Shown here piece by piece: positions 35,542 to 35,910 of a DNA stretch of 35,910 bases. How positions within the stretch are numbered: the stretch's first letter is position 1; each line of letters begins with the position of its first letter. Source of the DNA: a virus (taxonomy: Duplodnaviria; Caudoviricetes); the IMG/VR virus record IMGVR_UViG_3300002091_000060, positions 1-35,910 of that record; one strand, 5' to 3'. Under the pieces are notes generated by a model. That model was not told where the DNA came from. It made no database searches and worked only from the letters and a program-made list of their open reading frames with translations. Position numbers and translations under genes: made by a program.

Positions 35542-35629
35542 GTCCTGAAGATTCACAATAAATAAACTTGCATGATGAAGATGTCAACGGCATATTTTCA
35601 TCGTTGCGATCCTCTTGTCCTGAAGATTC
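35542..35629. repeat. 13-bp direct repeat GTCCTGAAGATTC x2 flanking a promoter-like segment
   Basis: Exact copies at 35542-35554 and 35617-35629; minus-strand TTGACA at 35587-35582 lies between them. Confidence 0.8.
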
Positions 35630-35696
35630 TCAACCGCCCTCTCGCCTTTAGGGTTAGAGGCAGAGGGCATCTACTTTTGCGGTTGTGTGCTAGTGC

Positions 35697-35739
35697 AGCC
35701 CCTCACTCGTTGTCATGTGCGAGTGGGGGGCTTTTCTTT
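35697..35739 (+). terminator. Rho-independent terminator on the plus strand
   Basis: AGCCCCTCACTCG-10 nt-CGAGTGGGGGGCT followed by TTTCTTT. Confidence 0.75.
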
Positions 35740-35910
35740 GCCTGCACATTTCATTGCGAATAATGCAACCTTATGTAAAGCAGGTGTTGATTAAGTTTCG
35801 CTTTCAGAGTGACTTTGGTTTGATGTGAATAGTTGCTTTGGTTTGGTGTTTAAGCAATGGGTTCACATTACCCTCATAGGGGATTACTTGTGTTTATTCT
35901 AAACGCTCGT

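Noticed and set aside
35542-35629. CRISPR mini-array or att site
   Set aside because: Only two 13-bp copies with a 62-bp spacer; no cas or integrase genes.
35249-35763. Plus-strand ORFs 35249-35473 and 35572-35763
   Set aside because: The Lys-rich translation is a by-product of the purine tract, and the second ORF runs through a terminator hairpin.
1-35910. Alternative genetic code
   Set aside because: Genes tile the minus strand with the standard code, and TAA, TAG and TGA all act as stops at sensible junctions.

Overview
A 36-kb segment of a tailed dsDNA phage with a podovirus-like (short tail, ejection proteins) virion module. Every credible gene is on the minus strand and genes are tightly packed. 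In transcription order (right to left): structured non-coding region; ParB/Srx-like protein; Cys-rich protein; portal; two small proteins; scaffold; four glycosyltransferases plus a SAM methyltransferase; structured leader; major capsid protein; Ser/Thr-rich fibre/decoration proteins; five-gene lysis cassette; beta-helix tailspike; His-rich protein; 1330-aa repeat-expanded adaptor-like tail protein; nozzle-like tail protein; ejection proteins; and a giant (>1747 aa) polyvalent protein that runs off the left edge and is missing from the ORF track. No terminase, replication genes, integrase, tRNA or CRISPR array were seen. The most interesting signals are (1) a motif AI[DE]xGL shared by the C-termini of the scaffold and two unrelated small proteins, a candidate capsid cargo-loading tag; (2) a glycosylation/methylation cassette inside the head module next to a capsid protein with Ser/Thr-rich termini; (3) an atypical spanin-like pair; and (4) candidate structured RNAs. 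All functional calls come from motif recognition and gene order; no database search was run.
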